A DNA stretch of 64,000 bases from Octopus bimaculoides (taxonomy: Eukaryota): assembly GCF_001194135.2 (NCBI RefSeq), contig NC_068999.1, positions 17,695,572 through 17,759,571 of the forward strand, given 5' to 3'. Below the pieces are notes generated by a model. It was given only the letters and a program-made list of their open reading frames with translations. It made no database searches and had not been told where the DNA came from. The translations under genes were made by a program, and so were the position numbers. How positions within the stretch are numbered: the stretch's first letter is position 1; every line of letters starts with the position of its first letter. Below, piece after piece: positions 39,426 through 52,958 of the stretch.

Positions 39426-41439
39426 GCAACATAGATAGTATTACTGTTTTAAATACTATTGCTGTTGCTTGTTACACATGATCGATTATAACTATAATAA
39501 AAATCTAGCAACCCAGCCCATCCTTACATTTTGTATTTTGAGATAGGCTATGAAGCAATTTAACGTCAATAAACTGAGTGGAGGCTTTATGCATATATAT
39601 ATATGTATGCATATGTGAATATTTATTTTGTGTTCGTTTTAATTCTCAAATTTCTTTGTATCAGAAACATACACGCACGCTTCAAAATATGCATAGCAAA
39701 CAAACACATACACATACACGCTTTCTCTCTTTCTCACACACACATACACGCACTCATGCTGGCATCAGCTTGAGATTTTTATAGCATTGCTTTTAATTAC
39801 ATTCCTAATGTGAAATTATATTTCAGTTTACAGCAATAAACGCACATAGTGAAACCTCAATTTACTTGTTTTATGCCCTACACAAATATATATACATGTA
39901 TTTCTATAGATTAGTATCTCACATTTATAAATGCACGTGATTTTCTAATTTGTCATTTAGTAGTTCCATAACAAGATAATTAACCAGATATTTAATTAAT
40001 GGTAATAGCATTTTTTTTTTAATTAAACATATGTGTATAAAGAGACATTTCTAATCAGAATAAAGCATCATTTTGATGTCTATATTAGTAGATACTGTGC
40101 GAAAAGAGAAGATTACTGATTAAAATAAATTAAATAGCAGGAAGAAACAAAACAAAACAAAAAACTGATGTGGTTATATAAATTAGGTGTTTTACGCTTC
40201 TCTTTCTCAATATTATTTGAATTCTGAAACCACAAATATCAGGTTATAAAGATGTAATAATCTGAATGTCTATGACTTTCTCATTTGCGATGTAATAATC
40301 GTGATTTAATGAAGAAATACAATGGTGTGTATATGCTTGGTAAATTGTTTTAGTTATCACGCTACAAAGGAATCTTTTTTATCTCCTTTATCTTTTGGCT
40401 TTATAGCTAAGCCTCAAAGTTTTAATTAACATAATGTTTTCGCATTGATAATGCTAGCTAAATATGAATTTCTGCTTGACTATAGGAGCATAGAGATAAA
40501 AACAAAAGTGGTGCATTGAAGGTTGTTGTACTGTGAAGTGTGAATAACTGATGTGATGTACAAGAATCGTTTATCAGAAAAATGAAACAAAACAAATTGG
40601 AAATAACAAAGGAGGTAGCGGGGATGTATAGCAGTGATAGCTAGCCAGAGAAATTACCCAAATTCAATGAAACCGAAGTTAATCGTCTTAGCAAAAGCAC
40701 ACAAGAGGTGTTCAGAATACATTTATAGATACAAACACAGCCTCGTAACNNNNNNNNNNNNNNNNNNNNNNNNNNNNNNNNNNNNNNNNNNNNNNNNNNN
40801 NNNNNNNNNNNNNNNNNNNNNNNNNNNNNNNNNNNNNNNNNNNNNNNNNNNNNNNNNNNNNNNNNNNNNNNNNNNNNNNNNNNNNNNNNNNNNNNNNNNN
40901 NNNNNNNNNNNNNNNNNNNNNNNNNNNNNNNNNNNNNNNNNNNNNNNNNNNNNNNNNNNNNNNNNNNNNNNNNNNNNNNNNNNNNNNNNNNNNNNNNNNN
41001 NNNNNNNNNNNNNNNNNNNNNNNNNNNNNNNNNNNNNNNNNNNNNNNNNNNNNNNNNNNNNNNNNNNNNNNNNNNNNNNNNNNNNNNNNNNNNNNNNNNN
41101 NNNNNNNNNNNNNNNNNNNNNNNNNNNNNNNNNNNNNNNNNNNNNNNNNNNNNNNNNNNNNNNNNNNNNNNNNNNNNNNNNNNNNNNNNNNNNNNNNNNN
41201 NNNNNNNNNNNNNNNNNNNNNNNNNNNNNNNNNNNNNNTATATATATATATATATATATACATAAGTGTGTGTGAGTGTGTGTTGTGTGTGAGTGTGTGT
41301 TGTGTGTGAGAGAGAGAGTGAGAGTATGCGTGTGAGTGTATGTATTTATAATCATACGTACACACATGCATCTATAAATGAATGTATGTGTGTGTGTATG
41401 TATATAATGAAAACATAATGCAATTATAGTCTTTCATAT

Positions 41440-41765
41440 AGTCTCTTCAGAAAACATGTTACGTTCCTCATAATTCCAAACTGATGTAAGTTTTTGTTGA
41501 TCCACGAATGTGGAATCATATCATAGTCTTTGCGATAGTCAATCCAGGTCATTCTCAGATTTGTTCTCCTTCGTTTGCAATCTTGCATTAATTACCATTT
41601 TGTCTATCAATGATTGGTCTTGTTTACCTCTGTATCATCTTCTACAACCTTTTTCTTCCATCAGTAAAATCGTTCGTATTAAGAATTTTTTTTACAGTTC
41701 TTCAGTAATTCCTGCTGAGAGTGGGAGGCAAGAGATTGGTCTCTAATTGTCAGCAGAATTTCCTT
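41440..41765 (-). mobile_element. R4/Dong-clade reverse transcriptase fragment
   Basis: DN*RPISCLPL, EEKGCRR*YRGKQDQSLIDKMV and KRRRTNLRMTWIDYRKDYDMIPHSWI match RT motifs YRPISCL, QKGCRR..RGTKDQLLIDK and WIDY+KA+DM+PHSW. Confidence 0.85.
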
Positions 41766-42231
41766 TTGGGGTATCATTGAAACGCAACACAATTCGTATT
41801 TTTTTTTTCTGTCAAGTAACCGAGGAGAGAGCGATCGAATTGTAACTAATGTTTAGATAAAGTATTGTCATATAGAATTTTAAGCATTAAGTATTTTCGA
41901 AAAATAAAGACAAATAAGATCGTTCTAATTACATAGTTGATCCAGCATTTTCCAATGTGCATTGTTATTCGGGAATAGCAAAGTTATATCGTCAAAGAGG
42001 AAGAATGAATTCTCAGCTAGTATTGAAGTTGTTGTCGTCCAAAAGCGATATGTTTTTTTTTTTTGGCAACTGTGTTAGGGAGGATTTATCTACGATGAGC
42101 AAGAACGGTGTGGGTGGCGGAGTAGTCGAGAGAAAGTGGCTAGTGTAGCGTTTGTTATTGTCAAAAAAAGAACATAAACAAAACATTCACCGATATAGAA
42201 GAGAAAGATGATGAAAGACAAAGAGTAACGC

Positions 42232-42306
<75 letters not shown>
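42232..42306. repeat. (TAT)n microsatellite
   Basis: Directly visible. Confidence 0.95.
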
Positions 42307-43504
42307 CCACAGCCTTAGGGCTGAAACACATAGTAGAATAACACCAGTACACTCATAATTTGTCCGTTGTTGAAGAAATGTGTAACGCTAAAGATAATAA
42401 ATCGACGTAATGGATTTAGCTCAAACAAAGCACCCATATTTTTTATCAAATAATGCTATATATTAAATCTAAAGAAATACGGATGAGACTTGGTAGCAGC
42501 TCAACAAGGATGGGTACACACATTCACATACTGCTGGTCAAGAACTTTTCGAGGATTCTTGACAGGTATAAGCTAGGGTGCTTATACCACATCACTTTAT
42601 TCATTTATCTCTATCAAGTTCCATGCAATACACCCCAGTTTGTAAAAATATTTTGAGAGCAATAATTTATAATCTAATACCTTATTCTTCAAATTCAACT
42701 ATTGTCTATATCGTGTGTGTTCAGATGACATTGATTATAACAAAGCAATGTCTTCGGCGGCTGCTGGGTTTGAAGCTGATGCCTCTGAAAGAACAAAACC
42801 GGAAATATCTGTGCGACCTTATATTTCATACCACCAACGAATCCCCAAAATTACTTATTTTATTCGAATAATATAATAAGAATTTCTTTTTATTTCATAT
42901 GCTTCACACATTAACACTAAATGAATTGAGGAAAAATAGCCAAAATTCTATTAAATATATGTTTTCTTTTATGTTTCGTCATTTTCAGAATCAGATAAAA
43001 TGGTTTTGGCCTTGTTAACGAAAAACAATAAAGTAAAATAGAAAAANNNNNNNNNNNNNNNNNNNNNNNNNNNNNNNNNNNNNNNNNNNNNNNNNNNNNN
43101 NNNNNNNNNNNNNNNNNNNNNNNNNNNNNNNNNNNNNNNNNNNNNNNNNNNNNNNNNNNNNNNNNNNNNNNNNNNNNNNNNNNNNNNNNNNNNNNNNNNN
43201 NNNNNNNNNNNNNNNNNNNNNNNNNNNNNNNNNNNNNNNNNNNNNNNNNNNNNNNNNNNNNNNNNNNNNNNNNNNNNNNNNNNAAAAAAAAAAAAAAAAA
43301 AAAAAAAACAGTAGTAGATTTTTTTTCTCTCAGAACGTGATGCCATATATAAAGTACATTCGTGAAGATAATATATATTGCAATATTCCTAAAAACCTCT
43401 TGTTCAACTCCTATTGTACGAGCTTACAGATAACTTTTCTTAATTATTAATGGAGTTTCTATTTTTTCATTTCAAGTTTCTTTCTCTGCGTGTATGTGCG
43501 TGTG

Positions 43505-43566
<62 letters not shown>

Positions 43567-44230
43567 ATGTGTGTGTGTGTGTATGTGTGTGCATATGCAC
43601 ATATGTATATGCATGTATACGTATATAAGTACATATATATTTATATATACATGTATATACATTCATATGTACATATATATGTGTTTATATATGTATATGT
43701 GTATTATGTATCTATCCACACACACAAACACACACACATTATATATATATAAAATCATTAACGCATAGTCATTTCTAAATAGAATTTTCTTAGTAATCTC
43801 GTATACTAATGTTGTGGTCCGTTGCTTTATTTTCCAATAAGATTTTGTAATAGATGCTTGAAAACCAAACATAGTATTCCAGTATTATTACACACGTCAT
43901 TTTCTACTATATTATTTCCAAAGAGAAAGGGGTGAGTTTGAATTATTTGTTCTTCATTTATTTTCAATTAGAATAACTACTATGTATTACTACTTACAAT
44001 TTGCTTCTGAAAATAATACATGCGTAGATAGTTTATAATTAATAATAACGTAATGGACGAAAATACTTTTGTCCTTGATGTCGTATAGATAATTCATATA
44101 ACTATTTTTACAATGTTTTAGACGTTTACTGTTACGTGTATATCCTGTATATATCATATTCGAACAGTTTGTTCTCGAAATATTTCAGGGGTCCTGCCTC
44201 CATGCGAATGCCTTTACTCATGTTGTATGC

Positions 44231-44425
44231 CAACGTATTTTCAAGGTTCGTTACGGATATTGCTAAGAATATAATCACAAGAGCAGTGAGAGAGACACTG
44301 ATATTTATTTCATAAGAACGCTAGAAATAAAGTAATGGCACAAGAAGTGTGTAGATTGAAGACAAAAATGAATCCAATACAAAAAGACTTCAGCATCTGA
44401 CTACCACAACGTATTTTCAAGGTTC
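44231..44425. repeat. Perfect 19-bp direct repeat flanking 157 bp
   Basis: CAACGTATTTTCAAGGTTC at 44231-44249 and 44407-44425. Confidence 0.85.
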
Positions 44426-45586
44426 AACTATTGCATAGTAAAAATACGAGAGAATGGACTTCATAGATACGATGTCGTTACAGAATGACAACGATAAAAA
44501 AAAAACTGCATCATGGCAGCTTCTGAATACTTTCATTTAGTCACATTCTTGCAAAACTGAGCCTAGACACGTTCCAAACATGACCATCACGATTATCTTG
44601 CATATTTAAATAAATATGCCTAATTCATTTTATTCTTTCTGAAGGACAAATTTATCAGTTAGTTCTATTTTCCCTTGTTAAGTTAACTAAAATATTCCTC
44701 CATTTCGATTTTTAAAATCTTTCAGCAACACGGAAGACGCCTGATAACACCTGATCAAGAACACACATTCTTTTCCTTTGTTTTGAAATTTAGATATTAA
44801 GTGATTATGTATATTTACATTCAATTGCAGTATTTCCTCATCGCAGGTTCAATGTTAGCTATAGCTATCTTGGGATATATTTTCATCGACACTTTAATTA
44901 CCAGTAGCATTCTACGTAAAATGTTGCTGTAGAAATAGTCTGGCCATTGATAGATTAGTTGCTAGACGGCCTGAAATATTTTCCTCATTTTAAAATCAGG
45001 CAGGAACATTTATCTTGGCCGAACTCCATTGTTATATATTTTGAGACTATCGTAATCGGGTGACTGCGCACACTGTAACATACGAACACATGTATACAGA
45101 ATCTGTTCGTATGTGTATAAATATATATATAACCAGTTACCAATGCGTCTATAAATATGTTTATAGACATGCACACACTCAAACGCACTCACGCTTATAT
45201 ATGTGGGTGTACACACACACACACACACACATATANNNNNNNNNNNNNNNNNNNNNNNNNNNNNNNNNNNNNNNNNNNNNNNNNNNNNNNNNNNNNNNNN
45301 NNNNNNNNNNNNNNNNNNNNNNNNNNNNNNNNNNNNNNNNNNNNNNNNNNNNNNNNNNNNNNNNNNNNNNNNNNNNNNNNNNNNNNNNNNNNNNNNNNNN
45401 NNNNNNNNNNNNNNNNNNNNNNNNNNNNNNNNNNNNNNNNNNNNNNNNNNNNNNNNNNNNNNNNNNNNNNNNNNNNNNNNNNNNNNNNNNNNNNNNNNNN
45501 NNNNNNNNNNNNNNNNNNNNNNNNNNNNNNNNNNNNNNNNNNNNNNNNNNNNNNNNNNNNNNNNNNNNNNNNNNNNNNNNNNNNNN

Positions 45587-45624
<38 letters not shown>

Positions 45625-48366
45625 AATATAAATATATAAATACACTTACAAATTTGCCTAGATGTGTGTTTTTGTACATATATATGTGCGTATGTGTGTG
45701 CGCGCGTGTGTGTGGCTGGCTATCAAGAAAAATAGATAGATAAGAACACATTAATTCATTTTGTCTGTGTGCGTGATGATGTGCTTGGATGTATGCATTC
45801 GTGGATGTTGATTTGTGTGAGTTATCTAAACGAAAGTCAGTGTGCACGTGCGTGTTAGTGGGTCTGTGTGTGTGCGTGTGGAAGTACATGTGTGCGCGGG
45901 TGCGTGTGGGTCTGTATTCAGCAAATATACAAGAAAAGCATTTCTGCATAATTCTTTAGTTCCGTGTTAAAGTTCAGATTCAGCAGTCGTGAATGAAATC
46001 TTGGTTATTCCTTACAGAAATGCTGTGCGAAATCTCCAACACAAAAAGCTATTGTTACGTTTTCTCGTTCTTCGAATTTAATCAATATGATGGAAAGCTG
46101 AATCATGTAGGAAATAACCAACACATTTATCTGAGGTTGGCCACGAATAAGAAACATGGTTCAATTTTTTTTCTTTTTTTTTTCTTTTTTTTTACAACAG
46201 AATTCCCTTGATTCTCTAAAATGTTAAACGGTAACATTAGTTAATATCCTTCTTCTTCATAGACAGTTTATAACAGATCTATTGAAGGCAGCCGTTTTTA
46301 TAATATGCTACCATGTAATAATGTATCGATAGTGTGATTTAGACAATAAGATAATATATGGGCACGTTGGGCTGGGGCAAGTTATTATATTGCTTAAAAT
46401 ATAAATCTCACTGAGTAGATAAGTTATCAGATAAGCGAAATATCAAAGACGTTTAAACTATTCACGTTTTTGCCCAAATCTGCAGCTTTTCTGCTTGCAA
46501 ATTTAAGTTCATGTTATGTTGCCTGAATAAGGATAAATTCCTTTGCAAATGAAGGAACTGTTAGTACAATCAGACAGAAGAACAGATACTAGAGACGTGA
46601 TGATTCTGATGGAATTGTCAGAGGTGTAGTTTCTTGTAAATAATTCTTTCAAACCAAATGATTTATGTGTCAGACAGAACTGGTTAACAAGGAAGCAAAG
46701 ATGTTTGCCTATAGATGATACCACTGTTATTGAATAACTTCTATTTTAGAAGCAATGCGATTGCAAGTGACGCTAGGAAAACAGTTGTCATTATTAAGTG
46801 TAGCCAGATAACTGCAAATTGTTATCAACATTTATGTCAAATGAGGGGAAAATGGTTTAACGTTACTCGCATAACTGCAAGAGGAAATTATACCTCTATA
46901 ATATTTAAATACACGTATCGATCTCAGGAGCAACGTAATCAATTGAATCTGACATCTACACATGGAAGAAAGAAATGTTTTATTAACAGCTTACACTATT
47001 CAATGTGCTAAAGTATTTAAAATACTTTCTAACTCTTGGATGATTTCCAATATATTTTTTCTAATATATTAGACTGTATGTTCTGGTAAATTCGTCAGAT
47101 TAATGTAGACGTGGATGTAATTATTTAAGCGTCAGCATTCGGTTGAACAAAAATATTATTGCGTTCTTTTCCGTTAATTCTTTTTTCTATTACCCTTTTC
47201 CAATTATTTATAAATTGGTTGTATAATAATTCACATAATACTGAAAAACTCAAAATTAAATTACATCTCTTTTACCGTGTATCTGTAAATAGTTGAAAAG
47301 TGAAAACATCCGTTTTCGTAAAAATGATTGGAAAAATAATAGACTCAGAGATATAATTAACAATAATTGTCCGTATTATTTTTCCTCCGATTCAAAATAT
47401 TTATCCATATTATTTGCCCATACCATTGCACATTCTTTCAATAATTCATTTAATTTTCCTGTCACGTATAGCAAAATGTAATTATAATAATACTATTTTC
47501 ATTTCATTTTTAGATATTTATGTATATTTTTGTATTACGCATCAAATTAGACGGCTTAAGCCTGTCATGTGCTTCATCTATTTCTGCTGGTATATTAGCA
47601 AAGCAGTTGAGAAAGTATTGTCAGCCCCCAGTTCAAACTTTGACCTCTTTCCAGGCGCAATGCATACTGTGACCTGCATCACCCGAATTTTCACACAGGG
47701 TGTGCTTTTTAAGTGGGTGTATGCCGATAAGGCTGTTGTTGTGAGGATGAAGAGACAGATTGAAACAAAAACAGCGTGGGTATCAGAAAGGAACAGAAAG
47801 AAAAACACAGGGAAATGGGTAAAATCGTTTCTCATACTTCAGTTGTATTTTATTTCTTGACCGCTGGAAATACACTTTTGTATCTTCGCATTGGTTTATA
47901 ACTATTCCTGCGGTTCAAGTTAGACATCGCCTAAGATACAAATTGGTGATGTTTTGAATCGCAATTTATATTTTTGCACTGTATTTATTGTTCTCATAGC
48001 AATTGGAATTATTGGCGATTAACAAGATAATCAGGTAGTAGGGAAATATTTTGAGATATCTTTTTTAGTATTTTACATTGTAACATTGAATTTCACCAAT
48101 CAGTTTAAATGTTTCTTTTTCTGCTGTCGATACAATAATGCATAAGACAAAAAATATTTTCTTCATTTTGTACTTTTTTGTACTTCTTTGTAAAAAAACA
48201 TTTTCATTCTCCTTCTTCTTGATACTTTGCTTCATCGCAATGAAAACCGGTTAGAAAAAAATCTTCATTAAATTATGCTACCAGTTCAGCATTCTGGCTT
48301 TTTTACATTTTCCTATTATTTCTCCACGTGCGGTTAACACAACCCCACTATTTACTGACTTATAAA

Positions 48367-48398
<32 letters not shown>

Positions 48399-49346
48399 CT
48401 GAAACGTTACTACATGCATGTACACACTACACGCACGTTGACACAACACACAGATACATACATACATACATACATATAGATANNNNNNNNNNNNNNNNNN
48501 NNNNNNNNNNNNNNNNNNNNNNNNNNNNNNNNNNNNNNNNNNNNNNNNNNNNNNNNNNNNNNNNNNNNNNNNNNNNNNNNNNNNNNNNNNNNNNNNNNNN
48601 NNNNNNNNNNNNNNNNNNNNNNNNNNNNNNNNNNNNNNNNNNNNNNNNNNNNNNNNNNNNNNNNNNNNNNNNNNNNNNNNNNNNNNNNNNNNNNNNNNNN
48701 NNNNNNNNNNNNNNNNNNNNNNNNNNNNNNNNNNNNNNNNNNNNNNNNNNNNNNNNNNNNNNNNNNNNNNNNNNNNNNNNNNNNNNNNNNNNNNNNNNNN
48801 NATATATATACATATATATATATACGCATGTTGGTACAGTTAATTAAGGGATTATACCGAAGCACGTCGCCACGTAGTGATTCATTGTTTCAATTAACTA
48901 GACAGAATTATATCTGAGAGAATCGGATAAATCAGGAAATAGAAAATTAATTCTGCCATGCAAAACAATGTGATAATTTTCCACAAATAACATGAAAGTC
49001 TTGCATCGCATCACATGAAAATTCGTAACATTTTTAACTGAGATGGATTCACGAAGGATTAAATGCATCGTAATTTTTTTTAATATATATGTTAACATTC
49101 CTTTGTTAACTATCCTTTGTTTTCGTTAAAGTTTTATTCAACTGAAATTCGTTTTGTATTGCGTGCATTATAATAGAATGAAATAATATCTGAAAGAGAG
49201 AAAAGTTTTCAACAATATAGGACCTCCGTCAACAATGATTATAATTAAGATGACAATCATGGATGTCACGAAATTTTCTAATTTCCATTTTCGAAAACTT
49301 ATCTATGACTATCATTATTCATTGTCGAGCCAGACATCATGCTCTT

Positions 49347-49431
49347 CTACTACTACTACTACTACTACCAACACCACCACCAACAACAACACCAATAACC
49401 ACCACCACCACCACTACTACTACTACTACTG

Positions 49432-49470
<39 letters not shown>

Positions 49471-49528
49471 TTACTACTACCACCACAGCCAACAACACCA
49501 CCACCACCACCACTACTACTACTACTAC
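49347..49528. repeat. Compound (CTA)n/(CCA)n/(CAA)n microsatellite
   Basis: Directly visible; explains the Thr-, Tyr- and His-rich ORFs at 49235-49555. Confidence 0.95.
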
Positions 49529-49598
49529 ACGTTGATGAAAATCATATCTTTATAATAACAATAATTATATTTTTTATTAAAATCATCAGTACGATTAT

Positions 49599-49634
<36 letters not shown>

Positions 49635-49635
49635 T

Positions 49636-49728
<93 letters not shown>
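49599..49728. repeat. (AAT)n directly followed by (ATT)n, a quasi-palindrome
   Basis: Directly visible. Confidence 0.95.
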
Positions 49729-49730
<2 letters not shown>

Positions 49731-50039
49731 TGCTATTATAATTATGGTTATTATTATTTGATCAGCGTTAATGCTCTTCTTGCTAGCTTTCAGTACATGT
49801 TCAATTATATTTAATTGTATATAAATTATATTTGTACTTTATACAAATTTCATGTTTCCATGAAACTCGAGGCCACTCGTTCAACGTTATTTTTAGATTC
49901 CTTTCCTCTCTTTGGTTATAAATCCATAGAGTATATTGCATATTTGTTTTGCATTATCATTAAAACTTAAGGGGCTTTGTGACAATAGTGATAAATTAAT
50001 GTTATATATGAAACGGTCTTATTTCACTCCATGAAAATC

Positions 50040-50095
<56 letters not shown>

Positions 50096-50113
50096 TAATA
50101 ATAATAATAATAA

Positions 50114-50567
50114 ATTAAAGTTCTAGATTGGCAGCATTGTCAGTGCGACCATAAGGTAGGGAATAGGAAGCCATACATAGTCTTAATTGAGAAAGAAAGC
50201 AAACTATGCTGGATCATAGATATAGCATACCCAGCTGACAACAAGAAATGCGATATGGAAGAAAGAAAAGTTGAGAGATATGACAGGTTAGCTTGGGAAG
50301 TTAAGCAGTTGTGGTCGATTAAAAAGGTAGCAGTAGTACCAATAATTGTCGGAGCCTTGGGAAAGGTGAGCAAAAATGTCGAGAAGTACGTGGAGCAAAT
50401 AGGGGCTGCAATAAGGGTGGAGCACTTGCAGAAAACAGCACTGCTTGAAACCGCTCTAATACTCCGGAAGGTGCTCGAAAAATAAGAGGTGTTACATTAG
50501 TTCACTGGTAGTGAACAAAACAGCTGACACTATAATACATCTCCAGCGTTAGAAGCTGTGCAAAGGC
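50114..50567 (+). mobile_element. 5'-truncated R4/Dong-clade (RLE) LINE between (TAA)n tracts
   Basis: Open frame 50114-50485 reads QCDHKVGNRKPYIVLIEKESKLCWIIDIAYPAD...EERKVERYDRLAWEVKQLW...VVPIIVGALGKV...HLQKTALLETALILRKVLEK, the restriction-like endonuclease C-terminus (RKPD aspartate changed to Y). Short 3' UTR; (AAT)n at 50041-50113 and 50568-50596. Confidence 0.9.
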
Positions 50568-51164
50568 AATAATAATAATAATAATAATAATAATAAGTAG
50601 CGAAATTTTTGTCAGAAGCTTTGTCAGGAATGGGGATTTGAAGCTGGAGGTATATGGTATATATATGCAAACTTTTGTGGGGCTTTTCAAACTGGTAAGA
50701 AGCTGGAAAATAACAGACCAGATATAACGATAATGGGGAACGAAAAGCGAAGATGCTTATTGATACCGGTTTGATACTCGAAAAGAAAGGGGAGGATGGA
50801 ATTCAAATCATATGTAATTCCTTAAAATTTGAAATTGCAAGGGTTTGAGGTACGAAAACTGTAAAAGTTGTGCTTATTGATAATGATGATAATAATGATG
50901 GCCTCTACAGTCGAAGATGATGCATGAGTGATCAGCTTTTTGCCAAAAGACATGTACGAATGATTTGTTTATAGTGATCCACAGTATGTCCTGTATATTA
51001 GTTCACTCTTTCTATCAAATCGACGCTGTCCAAACAAGTGCATTGTGTACCACGCCGAATTCAGGCGTCCACGCTATCGCATAGCAACGTAACAAGAAGC
51101 GTTTTTGCTCAATAACACAGCGTACCATTCGGTTTAGGAAGTGAAACCATGCAGTGACTAAATT

Positions 51165-51240
51165 GAAAAGAGATCTGCGCGGATTTTGAACTCAGAAGGT
51201 GATGACGCAAGAACATCCGCTTGCGATTCTGCCAGCCTTA
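51165..51240 (-). mobile_element. SINE family A, 5' fragment with internal deletion
   Basis: GCGGATTTTGAACTCAGAA...CGATTCTGCCAGC. Confidence 0.65.
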
Positions 51241-51326
<86 letters not shown>

Positions 51327-51328
51327 TT
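51241..51328. repeat. (AAT)n-(TTA)n quasi-palindrome between two SINE copies
   Basis: Directly visible. Confidence 0.95.
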
Positions 51329-51329
51329 T

Positions 51330-51525
51330 CTGCTAAAGGCACAAGAGGAGAGTTCTAGCCGATAACATCGACCCCAGTGCTTCATTGGTAGTTATGTTAT
51401 CGACCCTGAAAGGATGTTAAAGAAAAGTAGACCGCGGCGGAATTTGAACTCATAACGTAGTGACGGACAGAAGGCCGCTAAGCATTTTCCCCGGCGTGCT
51501 AACGATTCTGGTAGCTCGCCGCTTT
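51330..51525 (-). mobile_element. SINE family A, near full length
   Basis: GGCACAAG...ACATCGACCCCAGTG...ATCGACCCTGAAAGGATG...GGCGGAATTTGAACTCATAACGTA...CTAAGCATTTTCCCCGGCGTGCTAACGATTCTGGTAGCTC, with a (TTA)n tail on its 3' side. Confidence 0.88.
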
Positions 51526-52129
51526 GCTACTACTAATAATAATGGGAAGAAGAAGAAGAAGAAGAGACACACACACACACACATACTCACACATACACAC
51601 ACACATACACACACACACACACACATATNNNNNNNNNNNNNNNNNNNNNNNNNNNNNNNNNNNNNNNNNNNNNNNNNNNNNNNNNNNNNNNNNNNNNNNN
51701 NNNNNNNNNNNNNNNNNNNNNNNNNNNNNNNNNNNNNNNNNNNNNNNNNNNNNNNNNNNNNNNNNNNNNNNNNNNNNNNNNNNNNNNNNNNNNNNNNNNN
51801 NNNNNNNNNNNNNNNNNNNNNNNNNNNNNNNNNNNNNNNNNNNNNNNNNNNNNNNNNNNNNNNNNNNNNNNNNNNNNNNNNNNNNNNNNNNNNNNNNNNN
51901 NNNNNNNNNNNNNNNNNNNNNNNNNCTTAATTTTAATTTCAATTTTATTTTATTAATAGCCTTTTTCCCTTCTCACATATTTCATATTCATATTTGATAA
52001 GGTTCTTGAAAAAAAACCGAAACATATAAATTAATTAAAACAACCCCAAAATGTTTTAAAAACGCGGCATTTTCATTTTTATTCATTTCAATATCTACTT
52101 ACTCGTGTAGTGCTTTTACAAATCTTTTC

Positions 52130-52183
<54 letters not shown>

Positions 52184-52215
52184 GTGTGTGTGCGTGTGTG
52201 TGTGTGTATATATAA

Positions 52216-52958
52216 TTGTGTCTGGGCAGAGTCATTCTCTTTTAATGCCTTATTATTTAACATACTCATCGGTAAAGTTTCCACTCGTTTACTTATTTAT
52301 CTTTCCTAAAAGTTTTGTTGCGTCTTGCAACATTTTCAGTTGACGTTGACTTCGCATTTTATCCAAGCACCCAAAGTACCCAACCCTCAGATAAATACAA
52401 GAGTACGACTTTCTGAATGAAACATCCCCACTACTAAATAGGAAATATACGTATGAAGTAATCATACACCCATAACCACAGTTTATATTTATATACATTT
52501 AGAATAGTTAGTGGGCTATGTAGATGTAGATGTGTGTGAGCGTGTCTGGATATGTATACGTATATGTACACTTGACCATATACGCACACACTTCACTTCA
52601 AACAAGGATATATATGGAGACACACACAAACACACACATGCAAATGAAAACACACAAACATGAATGTGTGGAATACATACGTACACACATACATATATAC
52701 ATACACGCACATACATACATACACACACTTACATACATGCATGCATACATACATACATACACACAATCATACATTTGTATCCATACATGTGTATCCAAAC
52801 ACTGATCCACACATGCGCAGCTCGGACAATGGACAATTGAAAAGGTTGCAAGACGCAACGAAAAATTAGGAAATATAAATAAGTAAATGAGTGGAAATTT
52901 AACCGGTGAGAGTGTTAAATAATAAGGTTCTGAAAGAGAATGACTCTCCCTAGATACA
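52216..52958. mobile_element. Approximately 740-bp element with approximately 128-bp diverged inverted arms (foldback, MITE-like or Penelope-like)
   Basis: 52216-52344 is the reverse complement of 52832-52958 at roughly 85% identity by eye; the spacer is microsatellite-rich. Confidence 0.8.

Noticed and set aside
49235-49731. Thr-rich, mucin-like and poly-Asn/Tyr ORFs
   Set aside because: Direct translations of compound trinucleotide microsatellites, with no splice or homology support.
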